Below are positions 1-12,011 of a stretch of DNA of 64,000 bases, piece by piece; the first letter of the stretch is position 1; each line of letters begins with the position of its first letter. This DNA is from Octopus vulgaris. Its lineage: Eukaryota. The position numbers and the translations under genes were made by a program. The stretch covers positions 55,180,001 through 55,244,000 of the forward strand of contig OX597829.1 of assembly GCA_951406725.2 (NCBI GenBank). The letters are read 5' to 3'. Under the pieces are notes generated by a model, which was not told where the DNA came from, did no database searches, and worked only from the letters and a program-made list of their open reading frames with translations.

Positions 1-129
1 CTTTGATAGGGGTATTCTCACTTATCCGTTTCCTAATTTCTATGAACTGGATTGACATGCACAACCATTGTGGAAATGGTATCACAATTGGTGTGTGTAG
101 GATCGGTCGGCTGATATTTAAATGCAACA

Positions 130-740
130 AGGTGTTACTTGGTTCATCAGAAGGTGATCTCAAGCATACATTGAATGGGTTCAAGATGCCAAGTGCTGCA
201 AGACAGGGATGAGAATTAATGTTGCAAAGACTGAGACATTGGTCCTCTCAAGAAAGTCTTCCTACTGAGACAAATAGAGAAGTTTCAATATCTTGGGGCT
301 TTATTAATGAGTGATTGTAGGTAGGAAGAGGAATTGGATGCTAGAATTGCAGGTTCTGCCACAGTTATACACCAGCTTCGGTGTTTGAATCTCAGAAGGG
401 GAGAGGCTCATAAAAGAAAAAGCCAAACTCACTACCTTCAATTCCGTTTTCATGCCTATCTTCACCAATGGGCATGAATGTTGGACAAATGACTAAAAGA
501 GAACGATTGTAGATACAAATGGCCGAAATGGTCTATCCCCTAAAGGATCTTTTGAGTAACGTTACCCGACGGCGAGCAGTTCGGAGACGAGGGAATTTCA
601 CCAGGTCGGGTAGTTGAGAGGTCACAACTTTGGTACTCAGCACATGTGGTTAGAATGCCGCAGGAAAGGATCGCAAGATGGATTCTTCAGGCAGAAGCAC
701 CTCTTGGAGAAGGTGCCTGAGGATTCTACCCCGACAATCC
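130..740 (+). mobile_element. Degenerate RTE-clade LINE fragment (RT C-terminal region)
   Basis: Broken frames read SSEGDL, GMRINVAKTETLV, FQYLG, EEELDARIAG and AKLTTFNSVFMPIFTNGHECW (YGxExW-like); several stops and frameshifts. Confidence 0.65.
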
Positions 741-1099
741 TCCCAAGAATTATAGTTGGTGAAAATGACTGGATGCATATATGTATATGCATTTATGTGA
801 GTGTATGTATGTGTGTGTGTATGTAAGTATATATGTATGTGTGTGTGTGTGTGTGTGTGTATATACTGGACTCCCCTGTCGTAGATGACAGACTAAGGTT
901 CCATAATTTATACGTATGATAATCGCTTAATAATATTTTCACATGGCCCCGCATTGAAACAGTCATCGAAGCTGAAGGTGGAGTCATAGAATAACCGCAT
1001 AAGAAAGCCTATGGAGAACTTGGGCAAAAATTCTTATTAAAATACATTTGGTTTTTGCTAGATTAGACTGTTTTATTAAATTACCACATATGTCCTAAA

Positions 1100-1270
1100 A
1101 TACCTCTCGCACTCTGTGACCTTTCCTTTTTCTATGTTTCTGATGAAGAGCTCCACTCGAAACGTTAAATCCTCCTTCTTTCTTTCCTTTCCTGAGCGTC
1201 CAATAACACTATACTTGTTCCACGTCCTTACGTTGTTGTGTTTTCTATTTGTTCATGTTTGAAGTAACTA
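1100..1270 (+). mobile_element. Solo Penelope-type pseudo-LTR fragment carrying a hammerhead motif
   Basis: Near-identical to 11480-11645; ends in a (CA)/(TACA) microsatellite. Confidence 0.6.
1136..1170 (+). ncRNA. Minimal type I hammerhead ribozyme motif
   Basis: ttt-CTGATGA(1140-1146)-a-gag/ctc stem II-GAAAC(1159-1163)-GTT-aaa; palindromic ACGT stem III. Confidence 0.7.
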
Positions 1271-1281
1271 TACACACACAC

Positions 1282-1340
<59 letters not shown>

Positions 1341-1433
1341 TACATACATACATACATACATACATACACACACACATACATACATACATACATACATACA
1401 TACATACATACATACATACATACATACATACAT

Positions 1434-1473
<40 letters not shown>

Positions 1474-1478
1474 ACATA
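1270..1478. repeat. (CA)n/(TACA)n compound microsatellite
   Basis: Direct inspection. Confidence 0.95.
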
Positions 1479-1491
1479 TCTTCGATAGATA

Positions 1492-2500
1492 CATTATACC
1501 CCACCTAGAAGGATATGCCTTGTTTGGTAAACAAAAGGGACAAAGATGCCACCAAACCACCACGTTGTAATAGAAAGTGCCAGCTCTACTATACCAGTGT
1601 GGAAGATATCACCCACATCATCAGCAGCTTCCCAAAAATGTCTACGAGATATTATCCGCCCCTGCGGCATGACTATTTACAATGCTATCTGCAGGAAGGA
1701 CCACCCCAGCACATATATCAAAAAGGCATGTCAGAACCAACATGTATTTATACCTTTAAAAACAAGGAATACTGGTGGAACATCCCAATAAAAAACATTA
1801 TTTCGGTGCAAACATAACAGACCTGATATTGTTCCGTGGAACTGGGAATAAAAGCCATGCACTGTCGTAGATGTCAGCTGCCCGGCAGATGTGAATGTAC
1901 AATCAAAAGTCCAGGAAAAAGGGAACATGTATGGCGAATTAATGCGGCACTTACAGCTCATGTGCTCTGACTATAAATTCTCATCTTTACCTATCATCAT
2001 TGGGGCCTTAGGTTATGTACCAAGAAATTTTCACTAAAACCTAGAAATACTCGGTTTCGCAAAGAATAAACAGAAGAAACTGATGCGGATTCTCTAAATC
2101 CAATCTATTAGTGGCACAGTGAAGATTTTAACCCTTAGTGTTTGCATTATTCTGCCAAAATTAATGCTTTTTCATCCACATTGTTTTGAACTAATCATGC
2201 ATTATCTTGTAGCTATGAGATTCTGATGAGGTAGCTGTTAATTTTTAAAACGATATTGTAGGGTTGGTGTGAGAGACCAGATCTGGCCAGTTTGACCATA
2301 AAACAGGGGAGAATATTTTGGCCGGATATGGCCGGTTTAAATGCTAAAGGGTTAAAGACATTCTCAAAAGTCATATTTAACATGTTCGAGTGCATTTGGA
2401 TGTGAAAAGACCTTCCACTGTAGAAATAGTCGCTGGAGAAAATTATCTTCCCGTGCATGTGTGAAAAACATTCTGGGTTGCGACTTGACGCCATTAGATT
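1492..2500 (+). mobile_element. Degenerate RLE-type (R4/Dong-like) LINE 3' end, split by a piggyBac MITE
   Basis: KCQL..VEDITHIISS..RHD zinc-knuckle region, then YWWN, HNRPDIV, VVDVSCP, PIIIGALG (restriction-like endonuclease); 3' UTR motif ctgggttgcgacttga resembles ctgggtgagacttgga of the element at 36320-37500. Confidence 0.75.
2132..2351. mobile_element. Non-autonomous piggyBac-type MITE
   Basis: TTAA at 2128-2131 and 2352-2355; termini CCCTT(T)AG...CTAAAGGG; removing it restores the LINE frame VKILKTFSK. Confidence 0.8.
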
Positions 2501-2897
2501 TTAGGATGCATGGCTTTCTGAGTTTTTTGCTTCATCAGCTACGAACGTCAAATCTGTCATTCATAGCTCAGATAAGAATGAATTGATTGATATAAGAAGA
2601 GCATTTTGTACGTTTTCTGATGTGCAGAAAAGCTTGCTCAAGCTGGGATTGAATAAAGTTGCATGGAGCAGCGTTGGATAAAATAAAAGTCATATTTAAC
2701 ACGTTGGAATGCATTCAGACCTCTTGAATATCACTACATGGATATGTCTTATTCAACTCTGCTTCGTGTGAGTGTGTGTGTGTGTGTGTGTGTAGTGTGT
2801 GCCTGCGTACGCACGCCTGTCTGAATACACACACACACACACACACATAATTGTGCATACACATAGATGTTTGTATGTACGCATGTGTGTGTATGTA

Positions 2898-2928
<31 letters not shown>

Positions 2929-3242
2929 ATGTGTGTGTATGTACATACTGACATAAACAGGAAGATAGGCACACGATACAGGCATAGAGAAATGTATCTA
3001 TATGAAAAGTAGTGTATACAATTTACTTGATACATTTATGCTATATCTTTACAGCTGTTTCGAATGGTTGATATAACAATGCATATTATACAAGCAGGTG
3101 CAATACCGAGGCAGTATAGTATGTATACATAAATGCAAAGTAAATTATCAGCTAACGCGGATTTTGATGAGAACGGCGTAATTCTCATGCACGGAAATAT
3201 CAAGATTTCTCCTACTAAATACTTAACTTTGAGAGGATACAT

Positions 3243-3283
<41 letters not shown>

Positions 3284-3291
3284 GAAGAGAG

Positions 3292-3355
<64 letters not shown>

Positions 3356-3469
3356 TCTAAGTAGATTCAGCTGAGAGACCAGTCATTGAAGCTGCCAACA
3401 GTTTGGGAATATAGCATGATTAAGGACATGATTAAGAAGGGAAAGCAATTGGTCCATCAGCATTTATTC

Positions 3470-4750
3470 TTTATTTTAAAAATTTTGGTAGAGTCATTCA
3501 CAAAATAAATGAAACAGTACAGACTCAGTGACTGGTGCAGTAGCATCATTGTTAAATGCTAGAAAGCTAAAGGAGATGCACCAAGATCAGGTTATAAAAA
3601 TTATCGAAAATGTTCGGGAGCAATCGATTAGGATGTGATACAATTTGGAGATGATGCTTCAGATGCACTCTACCTTCTGCAAAAGAACTTATTCAAAAGC
3701 AAGTCCCTATAACTGGCATTTATTGGCTTAGACAAAGCCTTTGATTGGGTGCCATGCTTCTGGTCTTATGGTCAATGAGGAAGCTAGGAGTTGACAAATG
3801 GTTTATGAAAGCTGTACAGGGCCATGTCCAGTGGCACAGTCATCACTGTGTGGTAGTAGGGATAGGTGTTCTTAAAGCATAGTAGCCTGAGTAAGAAGAG
3901 GTTGGAAAACGTTGAGGGAGTTATTGCATCTGTTGGTAAAAGGGTAAAGATCCCCTTCGGTCACGAATGACTATGCGATTGCACCTAGAAAATTCCCCTC
4001 AGAGGCACAAGTCCAGGCAAGGTTATTTATTGAAGACCAGCAGTCGCCCATGAATACCAGCCTCTCCTCTTCACGCCACCAGTGTAATCCAAGAGAAAGA
4101 CAAAGGCTGATACAGCTTGGCACCAGTGATGTCGCAACTAATTTCTACAGCTGAGTGAACTAGAGGAATGTGAGATAAAGTGTCTTACTCTTGCTCGATA
4201 ACACAACACAAAGCCTGACCCAGGAATCGAACTCAACTACCTCATGATTGTGAGCCTGACGCTCTAACCACTGAGCCATCGGTAACAAAAAGCTTTTCCC
4301 TCAAGGTCAAGGTTAGATTGCATGAGACTTGAATGTGAAGAGTGATGCAGCATTGTAGTAAAACACGGGAGTTGAAAGCAGAGGATTTGCAAAGAGAAAC
4401 AAATGAAGCGAGCATGCTTAGCTGGATATGTAACGTTGTGGACAGAGTACAAATGAACCGAGAGAAAAAGTAAACATAAGGAGAGTCAGATGTTGTGTGA
4501 TAGATGGGAGATTGAGTTGGTATAGGCATGTGATGCATTTTGAGGAGGATAGCTATGTGGAGAAATGCCATTCGTTCATAGTAAATGGAACCTGTTGAAG
4601 AAGTTGGGAAACTTGGGATGTGAAGGTGAGAAATCATCTAAACTTCTGGCATCTCATGGACATGATGACAATAGAATGTATTGATTGATGACACACAGCG
4701 CAGGAGAAGGTCTTCTGTTCTGTGCAGTCATGGAAAAATGTCTGTTAAAA
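3470..4750 (+). mobile_element. Degenerate RTE LINE RT fragment, interrupted by a SINE
   Basis: LAFIGLDKAFDWVP (cf. FVDLEKAFDRVP), WSMRKLGVDKW, and a LLVTKxFSLKV motif continuing across the SINE. Confidence 0.65.
3942..4280 (-). mobile_element. tRNA-derived SINE
   Basis: Minus-strand head ATGGCTCAGTGGTTAGAGCG (A box) and GAGTTCGATTCC (B box); possible short ggtaa target duplication. Confidence 0.8.
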
Positions 4751-5169
4751 TTGGTTGTCATGAAGTTAGGAGGCATGATATGTCAGGTTGAGTAAAAAGT
4801 AAGCAATGTTTTGAACCATGAAGAATTTGTACCGGGTTTTTGCAGAATTTTGAATTTTTTAAAACAATCTTTTGCAATTGTTTGATAATACAGACATAGA
4901 CTTGCCCAAATGCATCAATAAATTAACATTGATATTTTTTCACTGTTGTTTTCATTTAAAAAATTTTTTCATTCGTATTTTTTAGTCGTATTTCATATCC
5001 GTTTTTATTCTTTTTTTTATATTACTTTATTAATTTTTTCGTATTTTTATTCATATTTTCTACTCGTAATTTTTATCTGGACTTATTTTTCATTCATATT
5101 TTTTAATTCGAATTTTTTTTTCATTTTTTTTCATTCCTATTTTTTAGTTGTATTTCATATCAATTTTTG

Positions 5170-5264
5170 TTCCTGACGATTGGGAGTGCTTAAACATAAT
5201 GAGTTTTTGAATGAGACTTTGTGTCTTAATAATACCATAGTACCCTCATGAAACACGTGTAGTC
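5170..5264 (+). ncRNA. Hammerhead-like motif with extended stem II (partly degenerate)
   Basis: CTGACGA 5173-5179; stem II tgggagtgc/gtaccctca (wobbles, one mismatch); GAAAC 5250-5254; palindromic ACACGTGT stem III; GTA site; stem I weak. Confidence 0.55.
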
Positions 5265-5436
5265 CGTAATATGGAAATTTTGGGATTATGAATATAAATA
5301 GTAAATATATTATTTAACATTTTATGGCTTGGGAGAGTTAATATCGTTTGGAGTTGATGAAGTTGTGGGTGTTTCTATCTCTAACAATATTTTGATATAT
5401 ATGAATTAATTATTGAGAGTAATTCAATTTAATATT

Positions 5437-6572
<1,136 letters not shown>

Positions 6573-6615
6573 CACACACATATATATATGTGTGTGTGTG
6601 TGTATATACACATGT

Positions 6616-6780
6616 AGGCGCAGGAGTGGCTGTGTGGTAAGTAGCTTGCTAACCAACCACATGGTTCCGGTTCAGTCCCACTGCGTGGCACCTTGGGCAA
6701 GTGTCTTCTACTATAGCCCCGGGCCGACCAAAGCCTTGTGAGTGGATTTGGTAGACGGAAACTGAAAGAAGCCCGTCATG

Positions 6781-6813
<33 letters not shown>

Positions 6814-7027
6814 ATGTTCGTGTGTGTGTGTATGTGTGTGTGTTTATCTCCCCAACATCACTTGACAACCGATGCTGCTGTTTACATCCCTGTAACTTTG
6901 CAGTTAGGTAAAAGGGTCCGATAGAATAAGTACTAGGCTTACAAAGAATAAGTCCTGGGGTCGATTTGCTTGACTAAAGGCGGTGTTTCAGCATGACCAA
7001 TGTCAAATGACTGAAACATGTAAAGCA

Positions 7028-7028
<1 letters not shown>
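6616..7028 (+). mobile_element. tRNA-derived CORE-like SINE with internal microsatellite and CR1-type tail
   Basis: A box TGGCTGTGTGG, B box GGTTCAGTCCC, CORE-like CCTTGGGCAAG; other copies at 10607-11013 and 14485-14906. Confidence 0.85.
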
Positions 7029-7061
<33 letters not shown>

Positions 7062-7480
7062 TCACGTTTTATTTACAATCTTATAATAATATAATATAAT
7101 ATAATATAATATAATATAATGAAATGATAGAATATTAAATGTCCATTGTGATTGTTGTAAATGGTAAAACATAACTGTCATCACTACAACATGACCCTGA
7201 AGATTGCATAGTTTAATGCACGAAAGTACTAGTTCAATCAGAATGGACATTTGATATTCTATCATTTCATTATGTTATATTATCTTATATTATTATTATT
7301 ATAAGATTGTAAATAAAATGCGAAAATCAAAGTTGGATTTCCTTTGAGTAATATATTCTTCTATAAACAATCATACACACCCATGTGTGTGTGTGTGTGT
7401 GTGTTGTGTGTGCGCGTGCGCGTATGTGTATATATATGTCTGGGTATATATCTATATATCTATCTATCTATCTATCTATC

Positions 7481-7511
<31 letters not shown>

Positions 7512-7512
7512 T

Positions 7513-8250
7513 CAGACGGATTGGGAAGGCTGCTGCTGCCATGGCTAAGCTTTCCAGGAGAGTGTGGGAAAACAACATGCTCACAATAACCACCAAGATC
7601 GCAGTGTACCGAGCCTGCGTGCTGAGCACCCTACTCTACGGCAGCGAGAGCTGGACAACATACACCCGGCAGGAATGCCGCCTCAGCGGCTTCCACATGC
7701 GGTGTCTTCGACGGATCCTTGGCATCTCATGGAAGGACCGAGTACCAAACGGAGTCATCCTGGAACAGACTAATATGCCAAGCATGTATGTCCTCCTCGT
7801 GCGGAGACGACTGCGCTGGCTCGGACACGTCTGCCGCATGCAGGACGGTGGCATACCTAAAGACATCCTGTACAGCGAACTCACCACGGGATCCCGACCC
7901 AAGGGACGTCCACAGCTACGATACAGGGACGTGTGCAAGCGCGACCTGAGGACTGCCAACATCTGTGTGGACACGTGGGAGGAAACAGCTGCTGACCGCT
8001 CTGCCTGGTGAGGAAAGGCGTTTCCATGGCCGAGGAGAGGAGAGCACAGCTGTGGTTGGACAGGCGGGACAGGAGGAGGACAACTGCAGCAACACCCCAC
8101 ACGTACCCATCGATGTTCGTGTGCAGCAACTGTACCAAGGACTGCCACTCTAGAATTGGACTGTTCAGTCGCAGCAGACGCTGCACATCATCAAAGTAGG
8201 CCCCACCCTTGGCGCAACCCATTGTCTATCAAGACAGACGGGGATAAAGA
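7513..8250 (+). mobile_element. RTE-clade LINE 3' end, well preserved
   Basis: RIGKA, VLSTLLYGSESW, FHMRCLRRILGISW, RRLRWLGHVCRM, RPKGRPQLRYRD; one frameshift near 8008, then C-terminal CSNC..SRIGLFS zinc-finger-like motif. Confidence 0.92.
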
Positions 8251-8299
8251 GAAAATATACACTCATATATATGTATGTATATATATATGTATATGTATA

Positions 8300-8448
8300 T
8301 CTCCTATTTTCTATTTTCCCTCCCTGTTTAATTTTATGTTCCTTTCTGGCGAAGAGCGTAGGCTCGAAACGTAAAAGACTTTCTCACTTCCCGAGCGTTA
8401 AACTAATACACCCGTCTTCGTCTTTTTTTTTTTTTTAATCCTCACTAC
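8300..8448 (+). mobile_element. Solo pLTR of the Neptune-like Penelope family, with hammerhead motif at 8342-8377 (core CUGGCGA)
   Basis: gaagagcgtaggctcgaaacgtaaaagactttctcacttcccgagcgttaaactaataca matches the reverse complement of 23984-24043. Confidence 0.8.
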
Positions 8449-8551
8449 ATATATATATTGTTTATAATTTTAACCTTTAAAGGTATTTTAATATCTGCCA
8501 CTTTCGATGAATTTTTTTCTGGAAGAAATTTTATCTTATATTAGTAGTATA

Positions 8552-8623
<72 letters not shown>

Positions 8624-8652
8624 ATATATGTATATATATGTATATATATATG

Positions 8653-8706
<54 letters not shown>

Positions 8707-9079
8707 GATTACCGGATAATATGATGGATTTTATTAAAAAGTATTATGGATTGCTACAGAGGAATTACCAAGAAGACATATGAGTCTCAAGAGTCTCATA
8801 CTAAAGTATATACAAATTTACATTTCTAAACTAACTATATGAACTATATTTGGAATACAAGACAATATAACGAATTGTACATATGAATATTATGGATTAT
8901 TGCGGAAGACTAACCACGGAAGTACACATGGATTTAAAGACTCTCATCAAAAGCAGTAATTTAAAATTTTTAATCTATATTTTAAACGAACACCATTTTA
9001 TAGTATTACTTAAAATTAAAAAAATAAACAAACAAAACAAAACGACCATTCGATATGTTATACAAAATTCAAATTTTAT

Positions 9080-9169
9080 ATCTCTGAAGAGCAGAAGAGT
9101 TGTCTATAAATGCTTATCAATATAGGATTTCATTATAGGGACAACACTTCTGTGAAACGATCGTAAGAT
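9080..9169 (+). ncRNA. Type I hammerhead ribozyme with intact core and long stem II
   Basis: Stem I atct/agat; CTGAAGA 9084-9090; stem II gcagaag/cttctgt + gttgtc/gacaac + tataa/ttata; GAAAC 9154-9158; palindromic ACGATCGT stem III; GTA cleavage triplet 9163-9165. Confidence 0.85.
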
Positions 9170-9323
9170 GCTTTAAATACTTAATTCAAAACTTTGAAAC
9201 TATCATATACATTATATATTTATACTTATACATATATTATATATTTTTAAAACAACAATTATTTTTCGCACGTGTGTATCTTACTGAAGAGTTTTCTGAT
9301 ATTGATTTCCTAATATTAATAAT

Positions 9324-9358
<35 letters not shown>

Positions 9359-9489
9359 AAATATACACACACACACACATACATATACATACATACATAC
9401 ATACATACATACATACATACATACATACATACATACATACATACATACATACATACATGTACATACTTGCATATATACGTATATACACA

Positions 9490-10140
9490 TGCATATATGA
9501 GTAAAGGCTATCAAAAAACGTAAACAACATGAGAAACGAGAACATGAAATACGAAAATGTTGAAAACGAACTTTTTTTGCGAACAACGAAAGAAACAAAT
9601 AGAAAAACAAGGCATGCAACATAAGAACGATCCTTCATCAGTTGTCAGCTGTTTTATCTACTCCGCATTTCGAGCATTAGGACAAAATGCATCTTCGTCA
9701 AAAGAGTTGCTCCCGCAGAGCAAATTAAATAAAATTTGGTGTTTGTGGAGGGTCAAAGTTCGTACCAAAAACAGGACAGTGAGAACAAAAGGTAAGGGCT
9801 GTTAAGCCATAACGAGGTGAAGTGATGAACGCTGGAGAAACAAGCTTTGACAGGAGACAGACAAGAATGCGTGCTATCCCTGTAGCTGAAAGAGAAGAAA
9901 GAAATTTGAGTTAGGAAAAGCAAAATGGCCGCTGGTCACGTGTGAGCAACGAGAGAATCAAGGAAGAAGACTGACGGAGAGAGAGGGACAGACAGAGAAT
10001 GGTGAAGTGGGGTGGAGAAGAATTAGAGAAAGGATGAAAGAGAAAAATGGGCGATACAAAGAATAAAGAAAGAGGAAGAGAGAGAGAGATAGAGAGAGAG
10101 AGGGAGAAATAGAGATAGCGATAGAATTAGTGTCGCATCA
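9490..10140 (-). mobile_element. Non-coding dispersed element, homologous to 11206-11478
   Basis: Reverse complement of 9490-9790 aligns with 11210-11478; microsatellite-flanked; carries hammerhead-like half cores. Confidence 0.65.
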
Positions 10141-10264
10141 GAATTATCAAGATAAAACTTAGAAATGGATGCGTGGCGTTCAATCATATAATAATATACA
10201 TACATACATACGTACATACATACGTACGTACATACATACATACATACATACATACATACATACA

Positions 10265-10300
<36 letters not shown>

Positions 10301-10304
10301 TATG

Positions 10305-10335
<31 letters not shown>

Positions 10336-10606
10336 GATATGTATATATATATATATATATATATATGTTTGAGGAGATTCTTTATAGGTATAATATTATT
10401 TTCATATTCTTTTTACCTGTTTTGGCTGATTTTCATGATTATGATGAATCCTTATTAGAAATCATTTTTTCTCTCTTTTTGGATACCACAAAAAGTTTGA
10501 ATTGTCCTTTTTGAACTTACTTTTTCTCTCTCACTCACACACACGCACGCACACACTCTCTCTCTCTCTCTCACACACACACACGCACACGCACACACAC
10601 ATATCT

Positions 10607-11013
10607 ATGTATACTCTTTACTCTTTTACTCGTTTCAGTCATTTGACTGTGGCCATGCTGGAGCACCGCCTTTAGTCGAGCAAATCGACCCCGGGACTTA
10701 TTCTTTGTAAGCCCAGTACTTATTTTATCGGTCTCTTTTGCCGAACCGCTAAGTGACGGGGACGTAAACACACCAGCATCGGTTGTCAAGCAATACTAGG
10801 GGAACAAACACAGACACACAAATACACACACATATATATACATATATACGACAAGCTTCTTTCAGTTTCCGTCTGCCAAATCCACTCACAAGGCATTGGT
10901 TGGCCCGGGGGCTATAGCAGAAGACACTTGCCCAAGATACCACGCAGTGGGACTGAACCTGGAACCATGTGGTTGGTAAGCAAGCTACTTACCATACAGC
11001 CACTCCTGCGCCT
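10607..11013 (-). mobile_element. CORE-like tRNA SINE, full length
   Basis: Reverse-complement copy of 6616-7028. Confidence 0.9.
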
Positions 11014-11016
11014 ATG

Positions 11017-11048
<32 letters not shown>

Positions 11049-11144
11049 CATATGTATGTATATGTATATATACATACATACATATATACATATATACATA
11101 TGTATATATACATGTACATACTTACATTTATATGTATATACACA

Positions 11145-11478
11145 TGCACATATGGGTACAGGACGTCAAAAAACGTAAACAACATGAAAAACGAGACACC
11201 CCTCACCGTTCATTTTCACTGTCCTGTTTTTGTTACCAACTTTGATCCTCCACAAATCTCAAATTGTATTTAATTTGCTTTGCGGGAGCAACTGTTTTGA
11301 CGAAAACGCATCTTGTCCTAATGCTCGAAATGCGGATTAAATAAAACAGGGGACAACTGATGAAGGGGTTGTTCTTTATGTTGTCTGTCTTGTTATTCTA
11401 TTTGTTTCTTTTCGTTTTCTAAGTTTTCGTATTTCATGTTGTTTACGTTTTTTGACGCCCTGTACCCATATATGCATG
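11145..11478 (+). mobile_element. Non-coding element with an inverted copy of its 3' end at the 5' side
   Basis: catatgggtacaggacgtcaaaaaacgtaaacaacatgaaa (11149-11190) is the inverted repeat of about 11432-11471. Confidence 0.7.
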
Positions 11479-11479
11479 T

Positions 11480-11645
11480 GTTGGCGATTTTTTCCCTCCG
11501 TCTTCTCTTCCTTGGACCTTTCCTTTTTCTATGTTTCTGACGAAGAGCTCCGCTCGAAACGTTAAACCTTCCTTCTTTCCTTCTTTCCTTGTTCCATGTC
11601 CTCGCGTTGTTGTGTTTTCTCTTTGTTCATGTTTGGATTAACTAT
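11480..11645 (+). mobile_element. Solo Penelope-type pLTR fragment
   Basis: Matches 1100-1270 with an internal deletion. Confidence 0.65.
11533..11567 (+). ncRNA. Minimal type I hammerhead ribozyme motif, intact core
   Basis: gttt-CTGACGA-a-gagc tcc gctc-GAAAC-GTT-aaac. Confidence 0.78.
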
Positions 11646-11753
11646 GTATATATGCATATATATAACATTTATATTATATATATATGTGTGTATATCTATA
11701 TCTATATATATATGTATATATGTAAGTATGTATGTATATATGCATGTATGTAT

Positions 11754-11807
<54 letters not shown>

Positions 11808-12011
11808 TGTATTTCGGAATGGTCATTTTGCCAGTTTAGCCAATAAAAACACACGCACTCGTCACACTCCTGTGACCGCATCAGTGGTCCTTTGCTTTCT
11901 TCTTTCTTATTTGTGTGTCTCTCCTTACTAACAGTCAGCCATTTTGTATTTCTATTGTATGTGTCTTCATTTGCGCATGTGTATGTCTCTATGTGCGTCT
12001 ATGTTTAGTTA

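Noticed and set aside
4200-4280. tRNA genes at A/B-box sequences (also 6616, 31898, 60001)
   Set aside because: No complete cloverleaf; each continues into a SINE body and tail
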